From assembly GCA_036517155.1 (NCBI GenBank), contig DATDXY010000014.1, forward strand, positions 1 through 51,013: DNA of 51,013 nucleotides, in the 5' to 3' direction. The translations under genes and the position numbers were made by a program. Shown here one piece after another: positions 34,514-42,986 of the stretch. The number at the start of each line of letters is the position of its first letter. Within the stretch, counting starts at the first letter, position 1. This stretch comes from Minisyncoccota bacterium. GTDB lineage: Bacteria > Patescibacteriota > Minisyncoccia > UBA6257 > 02-FULL-45-10c. Below the pieces are notes generated by a model, which was not told the origin of the DNA, made no database searches, and was given only the letters and a program-made list of their open reading frames with translations.

Positions 34514-35764
34514 ATGAAATATAATCACTCAATTTTAAAAAACGGTTTAAAAGTTATTTCTATTCAAATTCCAGATGCTGAAATAGCTAATATTTCCATT
34601 TGGTTCAAAGCTGGTTACGGTTATGAATCGGATAATGAGTGCGGATATACTCACCTTTTTGAACACCTACTTTTTTGCGGAACTCAAAAACGCCCGGATA
34701 ATTATGCTGTGAATATAGAGAAAGATGAGATAGGCGCCTATTCCAATGCGTTTACTTTTAAAGATCAACTTTATTTTGTAATCCAAACTGGCAAAAATTA
34801 CATCGATCAAATGTTTGATCTGCTTTCAGATACTATTTTAAATTCCTCTCTTAAAGAAGAGGCGATTGAAAATGAAAAAAAGATTGTAATGAATGAATTA
34901 AGAAAGACTCAAGGGAACAGATTGGATTCGGCTGCGCGTCTTGAATTAGAACATTTTTTTAATGAACATCCACTAGCTAAGAATATTTTACTTTCAGCCG
35001 AAACTGTTCAAAGAGCGACGCGCGAGGAATTGAAGAATTTTTATAAAAGCTTTTGTATTCCCACTAGAGCAGCGGTAGTGGTAAGTGGGGATTTACCTCA
35101 CCATGCAGTAGTTGCTTTATGCGAGAAATATTTTGGTTCTTGGGATGTGGAAAAAGCACTTGAGTTTAAGACTGATATTAGTCAACCAATTACAAATTGG
35201 AAACAGTATTACTTCAAAAAAGATCCCGGTCCGGAAACTATACTATCGATCAGTTTTTATACTCCGGGTGTTAATGCAATAAAAGAAAATTTGGCATTAA
35301 GATTAATTGCTAATTATTTAGGATATGGATTTACGGGTTTGTTGTATAAAGAATTGAGAATTAAAAGAGGCTTAATATACAGCCTGGATTCTTATAATCA
35401 ACTTTTTGAGTATATTGGCCGTTTTAATATTTCAACTCAAACCAATAAACCACAAGAAGTATTTAATAGTATTAATAAAATAGTTAATGAATTACCTTCT
35501 AGCTTTGATAAAGAATCATTGGATACTTTGAAAAGACAATGCATCAATTCATTTTTAAGAAAAATATCAGATCCGTCAGAAGTAGTTAAATTTTTAGGAA
35601 GAGGTTTTACGATTAATGATTCCATTCAATCTCCGGATGAATATATTGAGAGTATTAAATCTGTTACATACGAAGAGGTAATAGATGTTATAAGACAGTA
35701 CCTTGTATCCTCTAATATGTTTGTTTTTGTGCAGGGTCCGGAAAATATTAAATTAGAATTATAA
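34514..35764 (+). CDS. M16 family zinc peptidase (second copy, AT-richer)
   Basis: HxxEH motif HLFEHLLFCGT; 416 aa with the two-domain M16 layout. Confidence 0.85.
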   Translation: MKYNHSILKNGLKVISIQIPDAEIANISIWFKAGYGYESDNECGYTHLFEHLLFCGTQKRPDNYAVNIEKDEIGAYSNAFTFKDQLYFVIQTGKNYIDQMFDLLSDTILNSSLKEEAIENEKKIVMNELRKTQGNRLDSAARLELEHFFNEHPLAKNILLSAETVQRATREELKNFYKSFCIPTRAAVVVSGDLPHHAVVALCEKYFGSWDVEKALEFKTDISQPITNWKQYYFKKDPGPETILSISFYTPGVNAIKENLALRLIANYLGYGFTGLLYKELRIKRGLIYSLDSYNQLFEYIGRFNISTQTNKPQEVFNSINKIVNELPSSFDKESLDTLKRQCINSFLRKISDPSEVVKFLGRGFTINDSIQSPDEYIESIKSVTYEEVIDVIRQYLVSSNMFVFVQGPENIKLEL

Positions 35765-35784
35765 GATAGGACTTATATCATACT

Positions 35785-35813
35785 TTGACTTTTTCAAATT
35801 AGTATGGTATAAT
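35785..35813 (+). promoter_or_regulatory. Near-consensus sigma70 promoter for the second beta-rich secreted protein
   Basis: TTGACT (35785-35790), 17 nt spacer, TATAAT (35808-35813). The 12-nt core CTTTGACTTTTT is shared with the micro-ORF promoter. Confidence 0.6.
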
Positions 35814-35884
35814 TAAAATAGCTAAAAAAGTTGAATAAGTTGGAGTTTACAACTTAATATAATCTAAAAAAAGGAGGTACTTTT

Positions 35885-36616
35885 ATGAAAAAGTACACGC
35901 AGTTGTTGGTGGCGGTGCTGATGGTTTTCGCGCTCTTTTCCCCTGTGTTTTTGCAGGCGGGAGTGGCGGACCGGATCTACACCGAAGGAGGAGTGCTGAT
36001 TCCGTCCGGCGGTTCGATCGACAACGGTCGCACCAATCAGGAGCTGAAGCAGTTTGGCTACAATACCTTCGATGGGAATAAAATCGGAGAAGTCCAGCAC
36101 CAGGGCCAAACGAGTTATACGGCGCTTGTGGGTTTCGAAGTATCAACTCGTAGCTGGTATACCCTCTCCACGGAATTCCAGATGTCTGCGGCAGGATTCC
36201 ATTGGGATGGAAAACCGTACAAGTTGTTTAATCAATTCACTGGTCAACATGTTGGTACTATCTTCGTTTCACAAGAAAAAGAAGTGAAATTCTATTCTTT
36301 TAATGTGAAAACTCGGTTTACCCCGAATAAGTACCTCCGGCCATTTGTGGAACTCTGCGGTGGACCGATGACGGTAAGAAGTTCTGACCGAACATTCCGA
36401 CCGGATACTCGCTTCGATGTCACTCAAATAACAGAGGAAACATCAGCAGCGGGGAAATTCGGCGGCGGACTTGGAATCCTGATTCTTCCCAGTAAAATTG
36501 GGGATTGTCTGGAAATCATCGCGTCCGGCGCTTACGTCCAGGGTCTTTCTGGAACTTTGGTGAAAGAAATGGCCTTTCCTTTCTTCAGTGGAGGATTGAA
36601 AGTTAAATTTTCTTAA
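35885..36616 (+). CDS. Secreted beta-rich protein, possible outer-membrane beta-barrel (243 aa)
   Basis: SD AAGGAGGT. Signal peptide MKKYTQLLVAVLMVFALFSPVFLQA. Alternating-hydrophobic strands; the C-terminus is FFSGGLKVKFS. Confidence 0.55.
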   Translation: MKKYTQLLVAVLMVFALFSPVFLQAGVADRIYTEGGVLIPSGGSIDNGRTNQELKQFGYNTFDGNKIGEVQHQGQTSYTALVGFEVSTRSWYTLSTEFQMSAAGFHWDGKPYKLFNQFTGQHVGTIFVSQEKEVKFYSFNVKTRFTPNKYLRPFVELCGGPMTVRSSDRTFRPDTRFDVTQITEETSAAGKFGGGLGILILPSKIGDCLEIIASGAYVQGLSGTLVKEMAFPFFSGGLKVKFS

Positions 36617-36635
36617 CTCCACTGAATAGCACTTT

Positions 36636-36670
36636 AAGCTGTCTTACTTACGTAAGGCAGCTTTTAGTTT
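36636..36670 (+). terminator. Intrinsic terminator
   Basis: AAGCTGTCTTAC-TTAC-GTAAGGCAGCTT (12 bp, one G-U valid on +) followed by TTAGTTT. Confidence 0.65.
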
Positions 36671-36720
36671 ATGCACACTTTCCTAAAAACTTTTTTATAT
36701 TTTCAGTTATAATAAATCCT

Positions 36721-37389
36721 ATGGATAAGGATATACAAATAAGATTTCAACGATTAATTGCCGGCGCGTTTTTTGTAGGAATTTTGATTTTAGTTTTTGG
36801 TCAGGATATTCGCAGTGGTCTAGCTGTGATTGCGCCTGGAGATACAGGCGGTAGTCCTACGGATACAGGACAACCTCCGCAAACTCAAACTCCCACCCAA
36901 ACCACCACCCCTCCGCCAGTCGAATATAAAGTACAAGTAATTCCGACAGAATTCAAACCCACCGCAATTCCACCGGGGAATAATGTGGCTGGGCCGTTGA
37001 ATACGAGTGCGGCGCCGCAAATTAAATCAGGGGATTTAACCATTCAAGGCGCTTTAAGCGCTGCAAGTAGTGTAGATGTAACTGGTAATTTAACCGTCAG
37101 CGGCGCGTTTAATTTACAAGGGCACAATATAAAAATTGCCAGCGTTCCGAGTACGCCGGTATATCAAACCAGTTACGGTAATTGGGTACAGGGATCATCT
37201 CAACCAGACGATTCATGCAATGGCGATTCTACTAATTCTTATACTTGCGTTCCAGGCGTTACTAAATCTTCTTGTCGAGATAAAATTTCTTATCAAGGCG
37301 GCGCTCATAATTCATTTACTTTTTTTCAACACAGAACCGTCAGTTGTTGGACGGAATACAATATGATTAATACTTTAATTGTTGAATAA
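36721..37389 (+). CDS. Membrane-anchored secreted protein with a Pro/Thr/Gln-rich linker (222 aa)
   Basis: N-terminal TM (LIAGAFFVGILILVF). Linker QPPQTQTPTQTTTPPP. The C-terminal domain is Cys-containing. TATAAT lies at 36708-36713, 7 nt before the ATG. Confidence 0.6.
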   Translation: MDKDIQIRFQRLIAGAFFVGILILVFGQDIRSGLAVIAPGDTGGSPTDTGQPPQTQTPTQTTTPPPVEYKVQVIPTEFKPTAIPPGNNVAGPLNTSAAPQIKSGDLTIQGALSAASSVDVTGNLTVSGAFNLQGHNIKIASVPSTPVYQTSYGNWVQGSSQPDDSCNGDSTNSYTCVPGVTKSSCRDKISYQGGAHNSFTFFQHRTVSCWTEYNMINTLIVE

Positions 37390-37390
37390 T

Positions 37391-37882
37391 ATGGAAAATA
37401 CGCCTCTTCCTAAAAAAATGTATGCGGTGCTTATCTTACCATTTATAATTTTTATGATTGCGCTGATTTTCCAGTGGAACCGCATTTCCCAGCTTACCCA
37501 AACAGTGGGCGCAGTATCTCAAACCGGACTCACCATTAGTGAAACTCAAAATTTATTTCCCAGCGGCCAGATTCCTTATTTAAAATCCGTCAATGGACTA
37601 GTAGAAGCAATCAATAAAAATCTATTGACCATCAAAGTAACTGTGCCAGATTTTTCCGTGCAGTGGCCAGATCCAAATAATCCACCGATGATTCAAAAAA
37701 TATATGCGGTGGCAATAACCCAAGATACGAAAGTATTGATGGCTAATCCCAAAGATATTAATCGAGTAACCCCAATCGCTTCGGATCAAATTAAAATCGG
37801 AAATATAATCCAAATCCAATCGGAAGAAAATATTTGGAATCAAATTACAATCAGCGCGAAAGAAATTCTTATTATAAATTAA
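37391..37882 (+). CDS. Bitopic membrane protein (163 aa), pilus-cluster accessory
   Basis: Trimmed to ATG 37391, 1 nt after the previous stop. TM MYAVLILPFIIFMIALIF. Confidence 0.55.
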   Translation: MENTPLPKKMYAVLILPFIIFMIALIFQWNRISQLTQTVGAVSQTGLTISETQNLFPSGQIPYLKSVNGLVEAINKNLLTIKVTVPDFSVQWPDPNNPPMIQKIYAVAITQDTKVLMANPKDINRVTPIASDQIKIGNIIQIQSEENIWNQITISAKEILIIN

Positions 37883-38757
37883 TGACCGTCTCGCAAAAAT
37901 ATTTTATTTTTGCAGGCTTCATTGTTCTCGGCATTATTGCATTAGTTCAATACTCAGTTTTTTCTTTGGCCGCGGGAACAAACGCGAATGTGGAAGGGTA
38001 TGCCTGGTCTTCCAATTATGGCTGGATTAGTTTTCACGGAGAAAATTATCGGGTCAATATTATTAATAATGAATTTGCCAATGGCAGTTATGCGTGGTCG
38101 CCGAATGTCGGTTGGATTGCGTTTGGATCCGAACAACTTGGCGGGTGTCCAACGGCGCCGTGTGTTGGAAAAATAACCCAAGTTGGGACCCAACGCTATG
38201 TCAGCGGTTGGGCAAAAGTTTTATCAACCAATAGTTGGGTAAGTTTGAGCGGAGAAAATACTAATGGCCAAGCGTACGGAGTGGTTATTCAATCTAATGG
38301 CGCGTTTACCGGATACGCTTGGGATGGCGTGGCTTTGGGCTGGGTAAGTTTTCAGGGCGTCACTTCCGGAGGAGGATCCTATGGAGTATATACTGACGCT
38401 ATTACATTGGATGACGTAAATATCAGTAACTTGGCGGATTTTACCACCCAACAGCTTGACGGAAACGGCGGCAAAGCCGGTGTCGGCGGAGGATCGTCTC
38501 AAGATTGCGCGTTTTATTCCGAGCCTTCCAGCGTTCCCGCATTAAGCAAAACCACTTTATATTGGTATTGCCAATCGGTAACTTCTTGCTCATTAGATGG
38601 AACAGCGGTGACAGTTCCAAGCGGTTCTATGAAAAAAACCATGGGTAAGACAAATCAAACTTATACGCTTTCCTGTCAAGGCGCGGGCGGATCCAAAAAT
38701 TACACCACGCAAGTAAAAGTTATTACGGCAGTGAGAAAAGAAGTCAAACCGCAATAG
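37882..38757 (+). CDS. Secreted protein with four G-x-AW-x4-GW(I/V)SF repeats and a C-terminal Cys-containing domain ending ...KEVKPQ
   Basis: Trimmed to ATG 37882 (TAATG overlap). TM/signal FIFAGFIVLGIIALV. The repeats are GYAWSSNYGWISF, SYAWSPNVGWIAF, GWAKVLSTNSWVSL and GYAWDGVALGWVSF. Confidence 0.65.
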   Translation: MTVSQKYFIFAGFIVLGIIALVQYSVFSLAAGTNANVEGYAWSSNYGWISFHGENYRVNIINNEFANGSYAWSPNVGWIAFGSEQLGGCPTAPCVGKITQVGTQRYVSGWAKVLSTNSWVSLSGENTNGQAYGVVIQSNGAFTGYAWDGVALGWVSFQGVTSGGGSYGVYTDAITLDDVNISNLADFTTQQLDGNGGKAGVGGGSSQDCAFYSEPSSVPALSKTTLYWYCQSVTSCSLDGTAVTVPSGSMKKTMGKTNQTYTLSCQGAGGSKNYTTQVKVITAVRKEVKPQ

Positions 38758-38775
38758 TTGGTATATAATTGAAGA

Positions 38776-39198
38776 ATGCGAAAAGTGACTCGGGGGCAAG
38801 CCCATTCGATGAACTCAGGGCAAGTCATGCTTTTGACGGTCTTGGCATTGTCCGGGACAATTCTAGGCGCAACAACTATTGCCGGGCTTTTGATGCTCTA
38901 CCAAATTCGGCAATCTACGGACGCCAGTAATTCCACTAAAGCGATTTACGCGGCGGATGCGGGGATTGAGTGGGAATTATACCGATTTTTTCAAGAACCC
39001 AATTATCCCAAACCGACTTTTGCCAATCAATCAGATTTTGATATTACCTGCAGTTCTACTCTGACAACCGAACCGGGCGGAGCCACCATCGAAACTGTAG
39101 TGATTAAATCTACCGGCAAGGCTGCCAACAATTCCCGCGCTTTTGAAATAACTTTTGCCCGAGAAGTGTTTGAGGCCACTTCATTTTGCACGCCATGA
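38776..39198 (+). CDS. PilX-like minor pilin
   Basis: N-terminal hydrophobic segment GQVMLLTVLALSGTILGATTIAGLL followed by AIYAADAGIEW, a PilX_N-like motif. TATAAT lies at 38764-38769, 6 nt before the ATG. Confidence 0.6.
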   Translation: MRKVTRGQAHSMNSGQVMLLTVLALSGTILGATTIAGLLMLYQIRQSTDASNSTKAIYAADAGIEWELYRFFQEPNYPKPTFANQSDFDITCSSTLTTEPGGATIETVVIKSTGKAANNSRAFEITFAREVFEATSFCTP

Positions 39199-41234
39199 TC
39201 AAATCCGAAGCTAAAAGTAGAATTGAAAAATTGAAAAAAGAGATTGAAAAATACCGTAATGCCTATCACGTATTGGATCAATCGCTGATTTCCGATGCGG
39301 CGCTGGACTCCTTGAAAAAGGAGCTTTTTGATTTGGAACAGGAATATCCGGATTTAATAACTTCCGATTCTCCTACACAACGGATTGGTGGAAAACCGTT
39401 GAAAGCCTTCAAGAAGGTCAAACACGAAACTCGGATGCTTTCTTTTAACGACGCTTTTTCCGAAGAGGATATGCAGGCTTGGTTGGATCGATTAGAAAAC
39501 TTTATTGGTAAAAAGCTAAAATCACAAAGTGACACGTTTTATTGCGAATTGAAAATTGACGGTTTGGCGATTGAGCTGCTCTACGAAGATGGAGTTTTTG
39601 TCCGGGGCTCCACTCGCGGCGATGGGGAAGTGGGAGAAGATATCACGCAAAATTTAAAAACCGTAGAAGCGATTCCTTTGCGTTTGGAACCGAAAGACTC
39701 CAGTGTGCGGATTCCCAAAAAATTGATTATTCGCGGAGAAGTTTTTATTACCAAGAAAGAATTTGATCGGATGAATAAAGCCCTGGCGCAAGCCGGCCAG
39801 AAAACTTATGCTAATCCCCGGAATTTGGCTGCCGGTTCCGTGCGGCAATTGGATCCGAAAATGACCGCCAGCCGGAAATTGGATTCTTTCCAATATGACA
39901 TCGTAACGGATATGGGATTAACCACTCACGAAGCGGAGCATGAACTTTTAAAGAAAATGGGTTTTAAAATTAATCCGCACAATCGAGCTGTAAGCGCGTT
40001 GGAAGAAATATTCCGTTTTCAGGAACACTGGTCCGAAGAGCGGGAAAAATTACCTTATGAGATAGATGGCATTGTTGTAATGGCGAATATTAATTCGGAT
40101 TTTGAATCCGGCGCCGTGATTGGCAAGGCGCCTCGCGCCGCCATTGCTTATAAATTTGCCGCGAAAGAAGCCACCACGATTGTAGAGGATATTAAAATTC
40201 AAGTTGGCCGCACTGGCGTATTGACGCCTCTGGCAGTGCTGAAACCAGCTCACGTGGGTGGGATTACGATTACTCATGCCACGCTGCATAATTTTGATGA
40301 AATTCAGCGGCTGGGAATTCGAGTGGGTGACACGGTGATCGTGAGCCGAGCCGGCGATGTAATTCCGAAAATAACCAAAGTATTGCCAGAACTTCGCCCG
40401 CGCGGAGCCAAAGAATTTCAGATGCCGACGGTTTGTCCGAATGATGGATCGAAAGTTGTAAAGGACGGGGTACTGTACCGTTGCGGCAATCCGCAATGCG
40501 GCGCGCGCCGGCGGGAACAGTTATATCATTTTGTGTCTAAGGCAGCGTTTGATATTGATGGCTTGGGACCAAAAATCATTGATCGCTTTTTAGATGAGGG
40601 TTTAATCACTAATGCGCCGGATATTTTTACTTTGGAAGAAGTGGACATCGCGGTATTGGAACGTTTCGGAGAAAAATCCGCGGCCAATTTAATTCAGGAA
40701 ATCCAAGCTAAAAAGAAAATATTTTTATCCCGATTTTTATATAGCTTGGGTATTTTACATGTTGGAGAAGAAACCGCGAGATTGTTGGCGAAAAAATTTC
40801 CCGAACATCAAGGTATTATTTCCGGGAAAGCAGTATTGCGGTTTTATCAAAAATTAAATCTAGAAACGCTACAACAAATTCCAGATATTGGTCCAAAAGT
40901 CGCGCAAAGCGTTTTTGATTGGTTCCACGAAACTGGCAATATTCGTCTATTGGAAAAATTTGATGCGATAGGCATGAAAATTGAAACGGAAAAATTCCGC
41001 GCCGACGGCAAGTTAAAAAATATTTCTTTTGTATTAACTGGTGGATTGGAATCTATGTCTCGCGCTCAAGCAAAAGAGAAAATCAGGAAGTTGGGCGGGG
41101 AGGTCCACGAATCGGTTTCCCAACAAATCTCTTACGTGGTGGCGGGTAGCGATCCGGGTTCTAAATTGGAGAAAGCGAAAAAACTGGGGGTGAAAACCTT
41201 GACGGAAGCGGCATTTTTGAAGATGCTACAATAA
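39195..41234 (+). CDS. ligA: NAD-dependent DNA ligase LigA
   Basis: Adenylation motif ELKIDGLAIEL; Cys4 zinc finger CPNDGS...CGNPQC; HhH region and C-terminal BRCT. The ATG at 39195 overlaps the upstream stop (ATGA). Confidence 0.93.
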   Translation: MIKSEAKSRIEKLKKEIEKYRNAYHVLDQSLISDAALDSLKKELFDLEQEYPDLITSDSPTQRIGGKPLKAFKKVKHETRMLSFNDAFSEEDMQAWLDRLENFIGKKLKSQSDTFYCELKIDGLAIELLYEDGVFVRGSTRGDGEVGEDITQNLKTVEAIPLRLEPKDSSVRIPKKLIIRGEVFITKKEFDRMNKALAQAGQKTYANPRNLAAGSVRQLDPKMTASRKLDSFQYDIVTDMGLTTHEAEHELLKKMGFKINPHNRAVSALEEIFRFQEHWSEEREKLPYEIDGIVVMANINSDFESGAVIGKAPRAAIAYKFAAKEATTIVEDIKIQVGRTGVLTPLAVLKPAHVGGITITHATLHNFDEIQRLGIRVGDTVIVSRAGDVIPKITKVLPELRPRGAKEFQMPTVCPNDGSKVVKDGVLYRCGNPQCGARRREQLYHFVSKAAFDIDGLGPKIIDRFLDEGLITNAPDIFTLEEVDIAVLERFGEKSAANLIQEIQAKKKIFLSRFLYSLGILHVGEETARLLAKKFPEHQGIISGKAVLRFYQKLNLETLQQIPDIGPKVAQSVFDWFHETGNIRLLEKFDAIGMKIETEKFRADGKLKNISFVLTGGLESMSRAQAKEKIRKLGGEVHESVSQQISYVVAGSDPGSKLEKAKKLGVKTLTEAAFLKMLQ

Positions 41235-41245
41235 TATATAGATAT

Positions 41246-41536
41246 ATGGCAGACATTCTCAATAAAAAATCCTTAGAGCATTTAGCCGAACTGGCGCGTT
41301 TGGAGTTAAAGTCGGGCGAAGAAACTAAGATGTTAAAAGACTTGGAAGAAATTCTGGAATATTTCAAGGAATTACAAAAAGTAGATGTCAGTAAGGTAGA
41401 GCCAATGACGGGCGGTACAAGTTTACGTAGCGTGGTTAGAGAAGATGTGGTGGATGCAAAACACAAAACTGGGCAAGGAGTCAGTGATTTTCCAGAATCG
41501 GATAAAAATTATTTGAAAGTTCCTCCGGTGTTTTAA
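41246..41536 (+). CDS. gatC: Asp/Glu-tRNA amidotransferase subunit C
   Basis: 96 aa. LAELARLEL...L.EILEYF..L..VDV pattern, immediately upstream of gatA. Confidence 0.87.
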   Translation: MADILNKKSLEHLAELARLELKSGEETKMLKDLEEILEYFKELQKVDVSKVEPMTGGTSLRSVVREDVVDAKHKTGQGVSDFPESDKNYLKVPPVF

Positions 41537-41540
41537 TCTT

Positions 41541-42986
41541 ATGGATGTTCGCAACCTCACAATTAAAAAAATACAGGAGGGTTTATTGAATAAAACTTTT
41601 TCCGCGTTAGAATTAACGGAAACTTTTTTGGATCGGATTGAAAAAGAAGATCCGAATATTGGCGCGTATTTAAGCGTGAATGCAAAATCCGCGGTGGCCC
41701 AGGCAGAGTCGGTGGATATCGCAATCGCGAAAGACGAACCATTGTCCGCCGTTGCCGGCATACCACTGGGTATAAAAGATAATCTTTTAATAGAAGGTTG
41801 GAAAACAACGGCGGCTTCCAAAATGCTTGCCCATTATCGATCAGCCTATGACGCGACCGTCATTAGAAAATTAAAAACCGCTGGAAGCATATTTTTAGGA
41901 AAAACCAATATGGATGAGTTTGCGATGGGCTCTTCCACGGAAAATTCCGCTTTCCAAAAAACTCGCAATCCCCACGATTTACAACGAGTGCCGGGCGGTT
42001 CTTCCGGCGGATCAGCGGCAGCCGTGGCGGCGGATTTGGCGGTGGCGGCGCTCGGTTCTGATACCGGCGGTTCTATTCGCCAGCCGGCATCATTTTGCGG
42101 AGTAGTAGGTTTAAAGCCGACTTATGGAGCGGTATCCCGATATGGATTAATTGCGATGGCTTCCAGTTTGGATCAGATCGGCCCCATCACCAAAACCGTG
42201 GAAGATGCGGCCATTCTTTTTAACGCTATTGCCGGACAAGATGCGGCGGACGCTACCAGCGCCGCAACCAATTATGGAGAAACCTTATTGCAACCAAAAT
42301 TAGAAACAGTTCGCGCGTTGACTATCGGCATTCCGGAAGAATATTTCGTCTCGAACTTGGATTCGGAAATTGGATTGGCATTGCAACAAGTGATTAAAGA
42401 TTTGGAAGGTCTGGGTATAAAAACTAAAAAAGTTAGTTTACCGAATACCAAACACGCGCTTTCCTGTTACTACATTATTATGCCAGCGGAAGTTAGTTCC
42501 AATTTGGAACGATTGGAGGGGATTCGTTACGCTGAAATTGATGGCGTGCATCGCGATAAAGAAAGTTTGGTGGAATTATATAAACAGAATCGCAGTCGCG
42601 GATTTGGTGCGGAAGCAAAACGGCGGATTATGCTCGGTACTTTTGTGCTTTCTTCCGGATATTACGATGCTTATTACGCTCGCGCGCAAAAAGTGCGATC
42701 ACTGATCAAACAAGATTTTGACGAAGCGTTTAAGGAAGTAGACGTACTTTTAACTCCGGTAGCGCCAACGCGCGCTTTTGCTATTGGAGAAAAAACTAAT
42801 GATCCATTGCAAATGTATCTTTCTGACATTTTTACGATTCCGGTTAATCTAGCTGGCGTTCCGGCAATTTCCATTCCGACGCGGCCAATCAAAGGCCTGC
42901 CGATTGGTTTTCAGTTGATTGGACGACATTGGCGAGAAGAGGATATTCTAGGTATAGGGCAGTATTACGAAAAAATTCATATATGA
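41541..42986 (+). CDS. gatA: Asp/Glu-tRNA amidotransferase subunit A
   Basis: Amidase signature GGSSGGSAAAVA...GSDTGGSIRQPA; 481 aa. Confidence 0.93.
   Translation: MDVRNLTIKKIQEGLLNKTFSALELTETFLDRIEKEDPNIGAYLSVNAKSAVAQAESVDIAIAKDEPLSAVAGIPLGIKDNLLIEGWKTTAASKMLAHYRSAYDATVIRKLKTAGSIFLGKTNMDEFAMGSSTENSAFQKTRNPHDLQRVPGGSSGGSAAAVAADLAVAALGSDTGGSIRQPASFCGVVGLKPTYGAVSRYGLIAMASSLDQIGPITKTVEDAAILFNAIAGQDAADATSAATNYGETLLQPKLETVRALTIGIPEEYFVSNLDSEIGLALQQVIKDLEGLGIKTKKVSLPNTKHALSCYYIIMPAEVSSNLERLEGIRYAEIDGVHRDKESLVELYKQNRSRGFGAEAKRRIMLGTFVLSSGYYDAYYARAQKVRSLIKQDFDEAFKEVDVLLTPVAPTRAFAIGEKTNDPLQMYLSDIFTIPVNLAGVPAISIPTRPIKGLPIGFQLIGRHWREEDILGIGQYYEKIHI

Noticed and set aside
34329-34532. A 67-aa minus-strand ORF covering the micro-ORF region.
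   Set aside because: The promoter, SD and terminator signals all point to the plus strand. The minus ORF starts inside the M16 gene and has no signals.
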